A stretch of 64,000 bases of DNA from the human T2T-CHM13v2.0 reference genome, Homo sapiens: NCBI RefSeq assembly GCF_009914755.1, contig NC_060936.1, one strand, 5' to 3'. Positions 36,115 through 51,805 of this stretch are shown here, in pieces. Below the pieces are notes generated by a model. That model saw only the letters and a list, made by a program, of their open reading frames with translations. It made no database searches and had not been told where the DNA came from. The number at the start of each line of letters is the position of its first letter. The first letter of the stretch is position 1. The position numbers and the translations under genes were made by a program.

Positions 36115-36848
36115 CTAAAAAGAAAAGAAAAGAAAAGAAAAGAAAAGATCAATGAACTTAAAGACAGGGCAATAAAAAACATCAACTGGAAACACAGGGA
36201 GAAAAAAAAGCTGAAAGGAAAAATAAACAGAGCCCCAGGGACCATATCTACTAGTTTAACATGTGTACTTGTAGTGCATGGCCCTCCAGGAACTGGCATC
36301 TCTCCTTCCCCACAGCCTCCTCGCCACACTCCAGCCACCCTTCTGTCCCTCTGATGCTCCACACTGAGCCATCACACAGGCTGTTCCCTCAACCTGGAAT
36401 ACTCTTCTCCCCAATCCGAGCTTCGCTTACTCTTGCTTATGCTTGAAATGTCAGCTAAAATGTCAGTTCCTCAAAGAGGCCCTCCCTCACCCCTAAAACC
36501 TAAATCAGTTCCCCTCCCATTTATAACCTCTCCTCCCACTTTTCCTTCGAGAGCCCTCATCCTAGTTTCTAACTAGAAACTGTTATGTGCAGCCACATAT
36601 TTTTATCCCTCCTAGCATTTACCTCACATGAAGGCAGGGTCTGTGTCCCCTGAGTCTTGTATGACACCTGACCTTGAGCAGAAGCCCATCATGCACCTGT
36701 TGGCTGAGGGCACTGGTACCTCATCTCCCATGCTGGGCTCATCTCGGCCGGACCAAACATCTCTGGACTCCCAGGGCTGGCCAGGGCCAGCGCCAGGGTA
36801 TACTGAAGCTCTCCAGGCAGCCACTGGCCATAATTCCTTTCTTTTTGA

Positions 36849-36992
<144 letters not shown>

Positions 36993-37977
36993 TAAGTTTT
37001 GTAATTTTAGTAGAGACAGGGTTTCACCATGTTGGCCAAGCTGGTCTCGAACTCCTGACCTCAGGTGATCCGCCCGCCTCTGCCTCCCAAAGTGCTGGGA
37101 TTACACGCGTGAGCCACCGTGCCTGGCCATAATTCCCTTTTTTGAGATAGGGTCTCGCTCTGTCACCCAGGCTGGACTGTAGTGTGCGATCACGGTTCAC
37201 TGCAGCCTTGACCTCCCGGGATCAAGCGATCCTCCCACAAAAGCCTCCTGAGTAGCTGGAACTATAGGCACATACCATCACGCTCAGCTAATTTTTTGTA
37301 TTTTTTTGTAGAGGCAGGGTTTTGCTATGTTGCCCAGGCTGGTCTCAAACTCCTGGGCTCAAGTGATCCACCCGCCTCGGCCTCCCAAAGTTCTGGGATT
37401 ACAGGCATGAGCCCATGCCTGACCCCATACTTTCCTTTGGAAACACCTTACCTGGCAGACAAGAGCAGCCTGTCCTATTTCTCAGTAGTGTGGGAACCTC
37501 AAGGTACTTTGCAAAAACCGCATTTATATTTTACAGAAGAGGAAATTTTTCTTTCTGAAACCTTGCAACTGGTGAAGAAGCAACTTTTAGTAATTTGGGA
37601 TGAAAATATCTAGGGCACTCAGCAGAGCAGAAAACATTTCTGGTTTTCAGTCAAAAGTCTGTCATGCCAGAAGCAGAAAAGCTCCAGAAAAGGGCAAAGA
37701 TAGGGTTGATCAAGAGAATGTGGTGGGCCTCAGCAGCTTCACCATGCACTCCAGACTCCTAGCATTCATGGACAGACTGATCCTGCCACCACGCCCGGCT
37801 AATTTTTGTAATTTTAGTAGTGTGGCGTACAGAGCACCTGCCTCGGTGCCTGGCTCAGAGCAGCCCCCAGCTCTGGAAGTGCCAGCTATGATCATCCCTT
37901 AACAACAAAAACTCACCTGGGCATGGTGACTCACATCTGCAATCCCAGCACTTTGGGAGGCCAAGATGGGCAGATCA

Positions 37978-38295
<318 letters not shown>

Positions 38296-41200
38296 TCAGG
38301 CTGTTAAGTTACATGAGCTGATACAGCCGCTTTGTGGCTTAAGTGACACTGAGCTGTGTTTCTGTCACTTATAACCCCAAAAGTCTACAGGTGGAGTTGC
38401 TGATGCGGGACACCCCCACAGCTCCATCTCCCATGCAAGAATCCTTGCTGTCCCCACTGTACCCTGATGCTCCTCTGCGGTCACCTTTCCATATCAAAAC
38501 CTGTGACCGTGGCTCCAACCTGCCTGACGGTCCCACACTCTTTGACGCTGTTGAATCTGCTGTGCTTGGCAATCTCGCCCCCTGCTTCTCCTGCTATCTC
38601 TGGCCACCCTCCTCAGCTTCCTGTACCATGTCCCTGCCCCATACCAGGAGTCCTGGAGACCTCAGCCTTGACCCTGTCCTTGGGCCGGTGACTCTCTCTT
38701 TGGGGGCCTTAGCACAGCTGTGTTCTCGGTGCCGTTCACGTTCAAATCAAAGACTCCAGTCTGATGTTCAAGATCCTGCTGGGTCATTGGTTTGCTGTGA
38801 CCCAACTGACCTGATTTCTTACCTTTCTCTCCCAGTCCACTCCTCCTTCCACATCCCCTAGGGCACGCTGTCACTTACCTGGCTGCCCAGGCCAAGAACA
38901 GAAAATCGTCCTTGGCTCCTCCTTCTCCCTCACACCCCATCGGTTTCACTTCCTGAACCTGGCTGGCACTCCATCGTCCCCTCTCCCTCACCAGAACCTG
39001 CCCTGACCCTCCCTCCACCTGCCTGCAGCCAGGGTCCTCCTTCTCCAATGCCAACCTGACTGTGTCCCTGCTGTGCAGCGACCTCCATGCCCACAACTGC
39101 CTTCAGGATCGAGTCCCAGCTCTCTTGGCTTCCCCAGGCCCTGGTCTCCCTGCCAGCCTTATTCCTTCCTAGCACCCTGCCTCTGCCAGCCTCCAGCCAC
39201 ATGGAACTTGCAGTTCTAGAGCGGACCACGCTCTCTTGCTTCCAGGACTCCGCATGGCCTGTCCCCATCCCATCTATCTTCCAGGTCTTACACCTAGATT
39301 TTACCTTCCCTGGGAGGCCTTCTTTAATTCTCCCTCACCCCAGTTGGGGTGTACGTCACACTGTCTTAACAACCACTGAGACACTGTCCCCACCACATTG
39401 GGCTGTGAACGCTGGGAGGGCAGAGACTCTTCCTCAGTCACAGGGAGAGGCTCAAGAAGTGGTTAAGAGGCCGGGCGCGGTGGCTCAAGCCTGTAATCCT
39501 AGCACTTTGGGAGGCCGAGACGGGCAGATCACCTGATGTCAGGAGCTCGAGACCAGCCTGACCAACAGGGTGAAACCCCATCTCTACTAAAAATACAAAA
39601 ATTAGCCAGGCATGGTGGCACATGCCTGTAATCCCAGCTACCTGGGAGGCTGAGGCTGCAGTGAGCCAAGATTGCGCCCCTGCACTCCAGCCTGGGTGAC
39701 AGAGCGAGACTCCATCTCAAAAAAAAGAAAAAAGAAATGGTTAATAAATGAATGGATTAACAAAATCTTAGGCACTACTCCTTCAAGGTAAACATATTGC
39801 TGACCTCTTTTACAGGTATTAGACCAGAAAAACTACCATCTGGGAGAGAAGGGGAAAGTGAAAAAGACAGACCTAGAAGCGAAGGAGAGAAAAGCATTTT
39901 GTGGATGCCTATTTTTACAGGCTCAGAAGCCGCCATCTGTGGGAGGGGGAAAGTCCCTAGTTCATTGTTATCTGACAATCGGAGAAAAAGGTACTTTTTA
40001 AGAAAGTCAGCCAACTCCCAACTCCCATGGCCTGATGTCCCTTCAGTTTGCATTTCCCTGTTCCCTCCCAGAGCTATTTTGGGGGACTTGATTTGCATAT
40101 TAACCACCCTCACCCCAAAACTCTAAGACACAATGGCAGCAACGTGTATTACTATGGTTGCTTATTTTATCACACCTCATATCATCTCAGCATGCTGCTA
40201 ACTTCCTTCCATGCACTATTTCATTTCAATTCCTAACAACCCTGAGGTTGAGGCCATCCTTTAGGGTCCTGGTGAGGGGGGGCCTTGTCCAAGGTCACAC
40301 ACTGTGGGGAACTGGAAAAGCAGGATCTGCCCCTGGGCTCCATGACTTGGAGACTATGTTCTAGAAAACACAGCTGACAGAAAGCCAGGCAGCCAGTGAC
40401 CGGAGAGCCACCTGCTCAGAGGGTGGAGTAGGTGGAATTGTGCACACCCCCCTAACAATTCCTGTCCCCCTGGACCCTTAGAATGTGACCTTATTTGGAA
40501 TGTAGGTCTTTGCAGATGTAACTAAAGATGATAAGATGAAATCATACTGGATTTAGGGTGGGCCCTAAATCTGGTGATTGGTGTCCTTACAAAAAGAGAA
40601 AAGGGGCCAGGCGCGGTAGCTCACGCCTGTAATCCCAGCACTTTGGGAGGCTGAGGTGGGTGGATCACTTGAGGTCAAGAGTTCAAGACTAGCATGGCCA
40701 ACATGGCAAAACCCCGTCTCTACTAAAAATATAAAAATTGACCAGGTGCAGTGGCTCATGCCTGTAATCCCAGCACTTTGAGAGGCCAGGGTGGACAGAT
40801 CGCCTGAGGTCAGGAGTTCAAGACCAGCCTGCCCAACACATTGAAAACCTGTCTCTACTAAAAATACAAAAATTAGCCGGGCGTGGTGGTGGGTGCCTGT
40901 AATCCTAGCTACTCCGGAGGCTGAAGCAGGAGAATCGCTTGAACTCGAGAGGCTGCAGTGAGCCGAGATCATGCCATTGCACTCCAGCCTGGGAGACTGA
41001 ATGAGACTCGGTCTCAAAAACAAAAAAAGAGAAAAGGACACACAGAGGGTAAGGTCACGTGAAGGTCACAGAGGTCAGAATGATACGTCCACAAGCCAAA
41101 GACTGCAGACAACACCAGAGGCTGGGATGGAAGAGGCCTGGGACACATCTCCCCATCCCAAAGCGTCCAGGAGCCAGTCCTGCCAACACCTTGATTTTGG

Positions 41201-42316
41201 GCTTCTGGTTTCTGGAACTGGTGAGAATGAGTTCCTGTTGTTGAAGCCCCCCAGTTTGTAGTAGTTTGTCACAGCAGCCACAGGCAACCAGGACAGAGGG
41301 TGTGTGCCTGAGTTAGCCAGGATGGTCTGTAGGCCAGGTACTGTCTTTCCCTTTATCTTTCCGGGCCACACATTTGTCCTGGACTCCAAGGAGAAAGCCG
41401 ACTTCTTCAGGGCCCAAAACCACTTGGAGAAAGCCCGATTCTGCAGCCAACAACAGCGACAGCGGCTCCTTTTGCTCAGAGCCCACCGGTCACATCACCT
41501 GCTGTCGCTTGATACTTTTAATGCTCCTAAGAAGTAGGCAGGAAGGGTAGGTGAAGTCTCTCCATTTTGCACAAGGGCAAACTGAGGCCTGGGGAGGCGA
41601 GACCACTTGCCTGAAGTCACACCGTGCCGCACATTTTGGCAGGGTGACAGAGGCAGAGGGAAGTGGGCACTCCTGTATGCCAGCTGTTGGGCATGTAAAT
41701 GGGTGTATTCTTCCTAGGAGGGTAACAGGGCAGTTCCTTTCATCTTTTGAAAAAATATTTGAGTCTCTCTGATGTGCCAGGCTTGGGGACAAAGGAGGGG
41801 ATTGGCCCTAAACCAATTTATATCAAAATTTTATTTCCTTTTTATTGAGATGGGATCTCATTTTGTTGTTCAGGCTGGAGTGCAGCCGCAAACTCCTGGG
41901 CTCAAGCAATCCTCCCGCCTCAGCCTCCCAAGTAGCTAGGACTACAGGTGTGTGCCACCATGGCTACCTTGGTTTCTATCAACATTTAAAATGTCCTTAT
42001 TGCTTGACTTTACAAGAGACTCCCACGTGCACACAGGTGCTTGCTCCAGTCCTGCTTCAAGAGCCCTAAACCGGAAACCACCTCAAAGTCTGTTGCCCAG
42101 GACACCATGGAAGACCCACACCACAGAGCACCACACCACTGTGTGGCAGGCCTGTAGACCTCACACACCCACAGGGAAAGGGGTCCTCAATCTACGATTA
42201 TGGGAAAACTGACAAAATCAACCCCAACTCCCAGGAGGAGAGAGGGACTGGGTTGGTGAGTGAAACTTTGCATTTTTTTTTCTAATAGGTTTGGCTGATA
42301 CCAAACCTATTAGATA

Positions 42317-44534
42317 TGATTTGGTTTGGCTGTGTCCCCACCCAAATCTCAACTTGAATTACCTCCCAGAATTCTCATGTGTTGCTGGAGGCACCCGGGG
42401 GAGGTAACTGAAACATGGGGGCCAATCTTTCCCATGTGATTCTCATGATAGTGAACAAGTCTCACAAGATCTGATGGGTTTATCAGGGGTTTCTGCTTTT
42501 GCTTCTAATTTTCTCTTGCTGCCGCCACATAAGAAGTGCCTTTCGCCTCCTGCCATAATTCTGAGGCCTCCCCAGCCATGTGGAATTGTAAGTCCAATTA
42601 AACCTCTTTTTCTTCCCAGTCTCAGGTGCGTCTTTATCAGCAGTGTGAAAACCAATACAGTAAATTGGTACCAGTAGAGTGGGACATTGCTGAAAAGATA
42701 CCTGAAAATGTGGAACCAACTTTGGAACTGGGTATCAGGCAGAGTCTGGAATAGTTTGGAGGGCTCAGAAGAAGACAGGGAAGTGTGGGAAAGCGTGGAA
42801 CTTCCTAGAACTTGTTGAATGACTTTGCCCAGAATGCTGATAGTGATCTGGACAATAAGGTCCAGGCTGAGGTGGTCTCAGATGGAGATGAGGAACTTTT
42901 TGGCAACTGGAGTAAAGGTGACTTTTGGCATGTTTTAGCAAAGAGCTGGCAGCATTTTGCCCCTGCCATAGAGATTTGTGGAGCTTTGAACTTGAGAAAG
43001 ATGATTTAGGGTATCTGGCAGAAGAAATTTCTAAGCAGCAAAGCATTCAATGCCTGCTGTTAAAGGCATTCAGTTGTATAAGGGAAGTAAGGCATAAAAG
43101 TTTGGAAAATTTGCAGCCTGATGATGTGATAGAAAAGAAAAACCCATTTTCTGGGGAGAAATTCAAGCCAGCTACAGAAATTTCCATAAATAGCAAGGAG
43201 CCTAATGTTAATCCCCAAGACCTTGGGAAAATGTCTCCAGGCCATGTCAGAGACCTTCACAGCAGCCCCTCCCATCACAGACCCAGAGGCCCAGGAGGAA
43301 AAAGTGGTTTCATGGGCCTAGGGACTTGGTGCCCTGTGTCCAGCTGCTCCAGCTGTGGCTGAAAGGGGCCAACATACAGCTCAGGCTGTGGCTTCAGAGG
43401 GTGGAAGCCCCAAGCTTTGGCAGCTTCCACGTGGTGTTGAGCCTGCAGGTGCACAGAAGTCAAGAATTGAGGTTTGGGAACCTCTGCCTAGATTTCAGAT
43501 GTTTGGAAATGCCTGAATGCCCAGCCAAAAGTTTGCTTCAGGGGTGGGGCCCTCATGGAGAACCTCTGCTAGGGCAGTGCAGAAGGGAAATGTGGGGTGG
43601 GAGCACCCACACTGAGTCCCTTCTGGGGTATCACCTAGTAGAGCTGTGAGAAGAGGGCCACAGTCCTCCAGACCCCAGAATGGTAGATCCACCAATAGCT
43701 TGCACCATATACCTGGAAAAGCCACAGACACTTAATGTCAGCTCATGAAAGCAGCCAGGAGGTGGGTTATACCCTGCAAAGCCACAGGGGCGGGGCTGCC
43801 CAAGACTATGGGAACCTACCTCTTGCATCAGCCTGACCTGGATGTGAGACATGGAGTCAAAGGAGATCATTTTGAAGCCTTAGAATTTGACTGCCCCACT
43901 GGATTTCAGACTTGCAGGGACCCTGTAACTATTTTGTTTTGGTTAATTTCTCCCATTAGGAACAGCTGTATTTACCCAATACCTGTAACCCCCCTGCATG
44001 TAGGGAAGTAACTAGCTTGTTTTGATTTTTACAGGCTCATAGGCAAAAGGGACTTGGTTTGTCTCAGATGAGACTTTGGACTGTGGACTTTTGGGCTAAT
44101 GATGAAGTAAGACTTTGGGGGACTGTTGGGAAGGCATGATTGGTTTTAAAATGTGAGGATATGAGATTTGGAGGGGTCAGGGGCAGAATGATGTAGTTTG
44201 GCTGTGTCTCCACCCAAATCTTAACTTGAATTATATCTTCCAGAATTCCCATGTGTTGTGGGAGGGACCCAGGGGGAGGTAATTGAATCATGGGGGCCAA
44301 TCTTTCTCATGCTATTCTCATGATAGCAAATAAGTCTCACAAGATCTGATGGGTTTATCGGGGTTTCTGCTTTTGCTTCTCTCTCATCACCTCTTGCTGC
44401 CACCATGTAAGTGCTTTTCGTCTCCTGCCATGATTCTGAGGCCTCGCCAGCCATATGGAACTATAAGTCCAATTAAACCTCTTTTTCTTCCCTGTCTCAG
44501 GTATGTCTTTATCAGCAGCATGAAAACAAATACA
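42317..44534 (+). mobile_element. Full-length THE1A-like MaLR provirus: 5' LTR 42317-42659, internal 42660-44188, 3' LTR 44189-44534
   Basis: Two ~345-bp direct repeats TGA...AATACA; THE1-int start gtaaattggtaccag; polypurine tract before the 3' LTR. Confidence 0.9.
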
Positions 44535-44819
44535 AGGTTTATCCCTAAGAAATTGCCATTTTTGGACTGAGATCCAGCCTGCAGGGAGTTAAGTGGTGAA
44601 TGAAGTATTTAGTGGAGGTGGGAAGAGAAGGAACCAATATATTCATAACTGGAATCCCTGAATAAGAAAATGAGATTAATAGACTAGAACAAAGATATAA
44701 TTCAAGAAAACTTTTCTGATATAAAAGAGGACTTAAAAGTGCCATCTTTGTAGATAAAAACTAGAAGAAATTGATAATTTCATATGATTCAACCTAATAT
44801 ATACCTGTTTGCTGTTTTA

Positions 44820-45288
<469 letters not shown>

Positions 45289-45311
45289 TCAGCAACAAAA
45301 ATGACATTTTA

Positions 45312-45719
<408 letters not shown>

Positions 45720-45999
45720 TCAGTGGACAGTCCACAGACTTGCAGCTGGGTGTGCTGCTTCCTGGTCCAGGGTCTTAACACCACCCAGGCAGGGCCAGAG
45801 CGGCTGTCCCCAGTCCTAGCTTCACTCATCCTCCCCTATAGCCCTGTCCAGCATTAAGCCTGGTGCATTTCAGCAACTAAATGACCCCTGATCTGCCACC
45901 TACTTCCCCCACCCTCTGCCACTGCCCTGGCCAACCCCCTGCCTCACTTGGAGGCTGTCGCAGCTCCTCTCTGCTCTCTCCTTCCCTGCTGCATTCTCC

Positions 46000-46601
46000 A
46001 TCAGCTGCAGGAGAGCATCCCTCCAAGCATGACTACATCACTCCCTGTGCAGAAAAGGGCCAGCCCAGCGGTCCCGAGGCTGCCTTCCTCAGACAGGCCT
46101 GCCTGGCCTCCACTGGCATCTGGGAATTTGGACTTCTGGAAAATTCCCGCCATTCCCTGATAAGAGCAGCTCATTGTGCCTAGACTGCTTGTGGAAACAG
46201 CATGGTTTATGCTGAACTCCTACTTTCATTTGGAGAGTATGGAATTTTTCTAAGTGCCAGGCAGAGGGTACCTCTGTGCCCAGCTCCAATGAAAACTCTG
46301 GGCATTGGGTCTCTAAGGAACTGCTCTGCTTGCAAACACTTCACACATCTTGTCACAACTCCCTGCTGGAGGAAATAAGTGTGACCCCAAGGACCTCTGC
46401 CCCCAACCCAGGAGAGGGCTCTGGAAGCTTGTGCCAGGTTTTTTCTGAACTTCACCCCACGTGCCTTTTCCCTTTACTGATTTTAATTTCAATCCTTTTG
46501 TGGCAATTAATCTGAGCCAGGAGCACATCTGCATGCGAGTCCCACAGGTCCTCCTAGTGAGTCACTGACACTGGGCATAGGGTCTCGGGAACCCTGACAC
46601 A
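46000..46601 (+). mobile_element. MER21-like solo LTR
   Basis: tgggaatttggactt...ggtttatgctgaac...gggaaccctgacaca resembles the MER21 family; 5' end uncertain. Confidence 0.6.
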
Positions 46602-46697
46602 CTCCCTTATTTAAAACTTTTGGCTGGGTGCAGTCACTCACACCTGTAATCCCAGCACTTTGGGAGGCTGAGGGGGATCACTGAGTTCAGGAGTTCA

Positions 46698-46955
<258 letters not shown>

Positions 46956-48311
46956 CTATCTAGCCTCTGTCTGCCCATCTTCTCACCTTCCCTCTCACCT
47001 CTGTCCCCACTCTGGCCACATTGAGCCTTTCATACTTGGCTGGTTTCTCCAACCACAGGACCTTTGCACACGTGACTTCTTTTGCGTAGAATGTGCAACC
47101 CCCTTTCACCCTGTCCTCTATCTTCTTCTTCATCTCAGCTCTCAGGAGCTGGCCAGGCCTTCCCCATCACACTCTCATGTGGCCCAGCTGTTCACAGCAT
47201 GACCTCTGTGCCTGGCAGACCACAGGCTCCTGCTAAACATACCTCCTGGATGGTGGAAGGTGGAATGAAACCCCTGAGCAAATCTCTTCTCTGTGGGGAG
47301 GCAAGAGGACTCCAAGCAGCAGGCTCAGCTGCCCCCAGCACTTCTCCCTTCCTGCCCCAGGGGATCCGTGTTCTGAGGAAGGCCTATTTTTAAAATCAGG
47401 GAAGTCTTTAAATAAGTGTAGAAACTTTTCCTTCTCTAGGGTGGGGAGGAAGTCTGAGGTTCATGAAAACAACCACCGTGACAGCTGATCAGCTCTGGCA
47501 GGAGGAGCTGCTTACAGGCTGAGGGGCTTAACTGGCAGCCCAGGTTCCCCTAAAGCCATGCTCCCCAACTGTCTCCTTTTCTATAGGGTTAGGAACCCTC
47601 CTGCCTGATAGATGAGCCGGTCAGCCTGGTGAGATGATGGCAGGGCTGCATACAGACTATATGGGACATATTTACAGGAGTAGGAACTGTAATCATTCCA
47701 ACTATCCCCAGAATACCTGCTATTTAATATTTTCTGAGCTCTGTGCAAAGACCTTCATTAACATACTGTAACAAGCCCATGAGGCGGGGACTGCAATGTC
47801 TCTGTTTATGGATGAGGAAACTGAGAACAGAGAGGCCAGTGACTTGCCCCAGGTCACACAGCCAGCGAGAAGCAAGGCTAGGATTCCAACCCAGGCTGCC
47901 AAGCCCAGCTCCCCCTCCTCCTGCGGGACCCCTCATGAACACTGCCCAGCCCTGCACCCTCCTCACAGCTGGGGAAGCCCCATGCTGGGAAGGGAGTTTG
48001 GAGCGGTGTTTCTCAATAAGAAATCACATTTCATACCCTGCATCTCAGTACACACTGACTTGTGTACACACATTCCATAACTAGCACTGAAGTTACTATG
48101 TGAGGCGCTCTTATTTTCCATTTCATTCTATTTCTTTTTTTTTTTTTTTTTTTTTTTTTTTTGAGACAGGGTCTCACTCTGCCACCTAGGCTGGAGGGCA
48201 GTGGCATGATTAGGACTCACTGCAGCCTCAACGTCCTGGGCTCAAGAGATCCTCCCACCTCAGCCCAGGAAGTAGCTGAGACTACAGGTATGCACCACCA
48301 CGCCTGGCTAA

Positions 48312-48440
<129 letters not shown>

Positions 48441-49265
48441 TAGCCCTATTTCATTTCTTAAAAGGTCGACTGTAGCCCACTCAATGGATTTCAGGACTCA
48501 CCAATGCGTTGAGTTTAAAGACACAGTTTTGGGGGGACACGCTCTGCCTATTTCCCTGGGAATGACTGAGAGGGGAGTCTGGTCCAAGCCTGTGACTTCA
48601 GTCATGTCAACCAGGAGCAGGGGCTGTGCTATTTGTTTTACAAAAGTGTAGAAAGAAAAAAGAAAAAGTTACCCAGGTAGAAATGAAGAGCTGCCACCTG
48701 TGTGACTAGGTCACCTGAGCCAACATCTACTGATGCTTTGGCCATGGAAACCACAGGACACAGAGCTCAGCTATCCCTCTTTCCTCCTTCTGTAGAGGGA
48801 GGGGCTGCCTAGGCCAGGCTGCATGTTGGAATCACCTGGCAGCTTTAAGGCACCCCAAAACCTGAGTCCTGGGCTCAGAGCTTCCAATTCAACCCATCTG
48901 GGTGTGGTCTGGGTGCTGCGGTGGTGGATGTGCAGCCGAGGTGGGTAAGGAACCCCAGTTGCACCAAGGGCCTCTGCATGCCTCATGCGAAATAAGCCCA
49001 GGAGCTGCAGGGATTTCCACACACACCTGGCTCTTAAGTTCCCCAGAGGTGGCTGCTGAGTGCAGTCACCTGTGCCAAGGAACAAGGTCAGCTGAGGGCT
49101 GAAAAGCCAGTTCATCCTCATGACAGAGCCAGCAGCTCCCATGTCTTAAATGCAGGCTCGAGCCAGGCACCCGGCTAAGTGTTTTCCGCACGCAATCTTG
49201 TTTAACCCTCACCTCAACTCTGTGAGGTAGTGTGATCGTTCCCATTTTACAAAAGAGGAAAACTG

Positions 49266-49565
<300 letters not shown>

Positions 49566-51631
49566 AAAAGAGGAAAACTGAAGCTTTGGGAGGTGGCAGG
49601 GGGCAGAGAGGGGCTCTGAGGAGGGCCGATGAGGCTATCTCAGCAGAACTGCAAGCCAGGTCTGCACCATGGCTACAAAACCCCACCAGTTTCTCTCCTA
49701 ACACAGCTGTTTTCCTCTCAGAAACGAGGAGAGCTGACACTCAAAAAGCTCTAAAAGCAATCTCATTAAGACAACTTTTTTCCAAAACACAATTAATTCC
49801 ATAAGGGCAGATCATGAAAAGGAACATGTTCTTCAAACCAGTAAGAGGCTTATTTGCCACAAGCGGTCCTGGCTCTTTCCCCAGCCCCCCAGCAATGTCC
49901 TCCTGACAACACCCTCTCAGGCTAGCTTCTGTGTGATGACAAACAGGCTCCAGGCTCCAGGTTCCAGGCCCTGGGAGTTCCCCAAGGTGTGTCCCTGGTT
50001 GTGCATTGCAATCCCTACTTCCCTTGCTGTCTCTGTGCCCTGGTATGGGCTTCTGACAAGGTCCTCAGCCACCAACTCATTCCTTCAACCCCCAGCCTCA
50101 TTTGGAACCCCCAGACTCAAATGCATACCCCCAGCTTGACCTGCTGCCATTTACCCCATGAACAGACCTATAGCCTTGATCTATTTATTACTATTGTGAA
50201 AAAAGGAACAAAAGAAAGGGAAATAAATTCATAACAATCCCTGCACACCAAACTTATGTATCATCTACCCATCTACCTCTTTCTCTCCCACCTGTCTTTA
50301 TCTTTTACAATTATAATCAAAGACAGTGGGCCAGGTGCGGTGGCTCATGCCTGTAATTCTAGCACTTTGGGAGGCTGAGGCAGGTGGATCACTTGAGGCC
50401 AGGAGTTCGAGACCAGCCTGGCCAATATGGAGAAACCCTGTCTCTACCAAAACTACAAAACAAAACAAAAAAAACTAGCTGGAGATGGTGGCGCACACCT
50501 GTAATTCCAGTTACTAGGGTGGCTGAGGCCCAAGAACCATTTGAACCCAGGAGACGGAGGTTGAAGTGAGCCGAGATTGCACCACTGCACTCTAGCCTGG
50601 AAGACAGAACCAGGCCCTGTCTCAAAAAAACAAAACAAAAAAAGGCAGCAGACAATTTTCTATCTTATTTTTTACCACTATATGCGTCAGATTCGCACCT
50701 GTTCAGAGGCCAGGAAACTTACCAAGGAGTCAAATGATCTCATTATTGCATTTTGCATGTTTTTAAACCATTTTGGATGGTTTTTAATCCAATTCTAAGA
50801 CCACGTTTTCTCACATTTTAATGTCTCTGAAATCTGGCTGGGCCTGACAATTGATCGGTTTCAGCCTGTGTTACTTTTTATCACAGTAAATGGCAGCACA
50901 TGGTTTTGCTTTTTTTCTTCATAGTACATAAAATAAGGTGCACGCATAGTGTTGTCTCATGTGCTAAGAAACATGGTGCCATAAATTGTACTTTTTCTTT
51001 TTTATGGGTTCTTTTCCCATAAGTGAGATGACCAGGCTTGAATATGGATATTTTCAAGATTCTTGATACACATGGTCAAATTTTGTGTCTAGAACAGTGG
51101 CATGGGTTGACCCAGTCCCCCGTGATATGTATGAGTGAGCTGGTTTCATCACAGTCTAATCAGCATTAAGCATTTCCGAATGTTCTTTTTGGTTTGCCTA
51201 ATTTAATAGGGAACTACAAATGAAGGAAAAGCATGAACAGTTCCCACTTAACCTTTCTTCCATGCTGACTCTCTTATGAAGGATACCTGGAGCTCCTGGG
51301 GCTCCTAACTCTTACAGTTACCAGGGTCATCAATTTGATGAAATACACAATCACCATCATCATCATCATCATCCCGTGGTCATTCTGACCCTCACATTTG
51401 CTTCTCAGACTCTGCCCCACTCACCCCTGCTGCTGCCCTGAGCTTCCTGCTCTGCCCTCGCCAGCTTGGCCTGGCTAGGCCCCCAGAACCTCAAGATGAA
51501 CAGCTGATGTGAAAGTCAACACTTCCTTTCTACCTTGCCCCCAATCTTCACAACCAATGCCCCCCAAATCCAACAAACCTGCACCTCACATATCAAAGAC
51601 ACAGTCTATTTCCTACTCGAGATGGCCATAA

Positions 51632-51805
<174 letters not shown>

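Noticed and set aside
42812-44011. ORFs within the THE1 internal region
   Set aside because: Fragmented MaLR internal sequence with frameshifts; no intact gene
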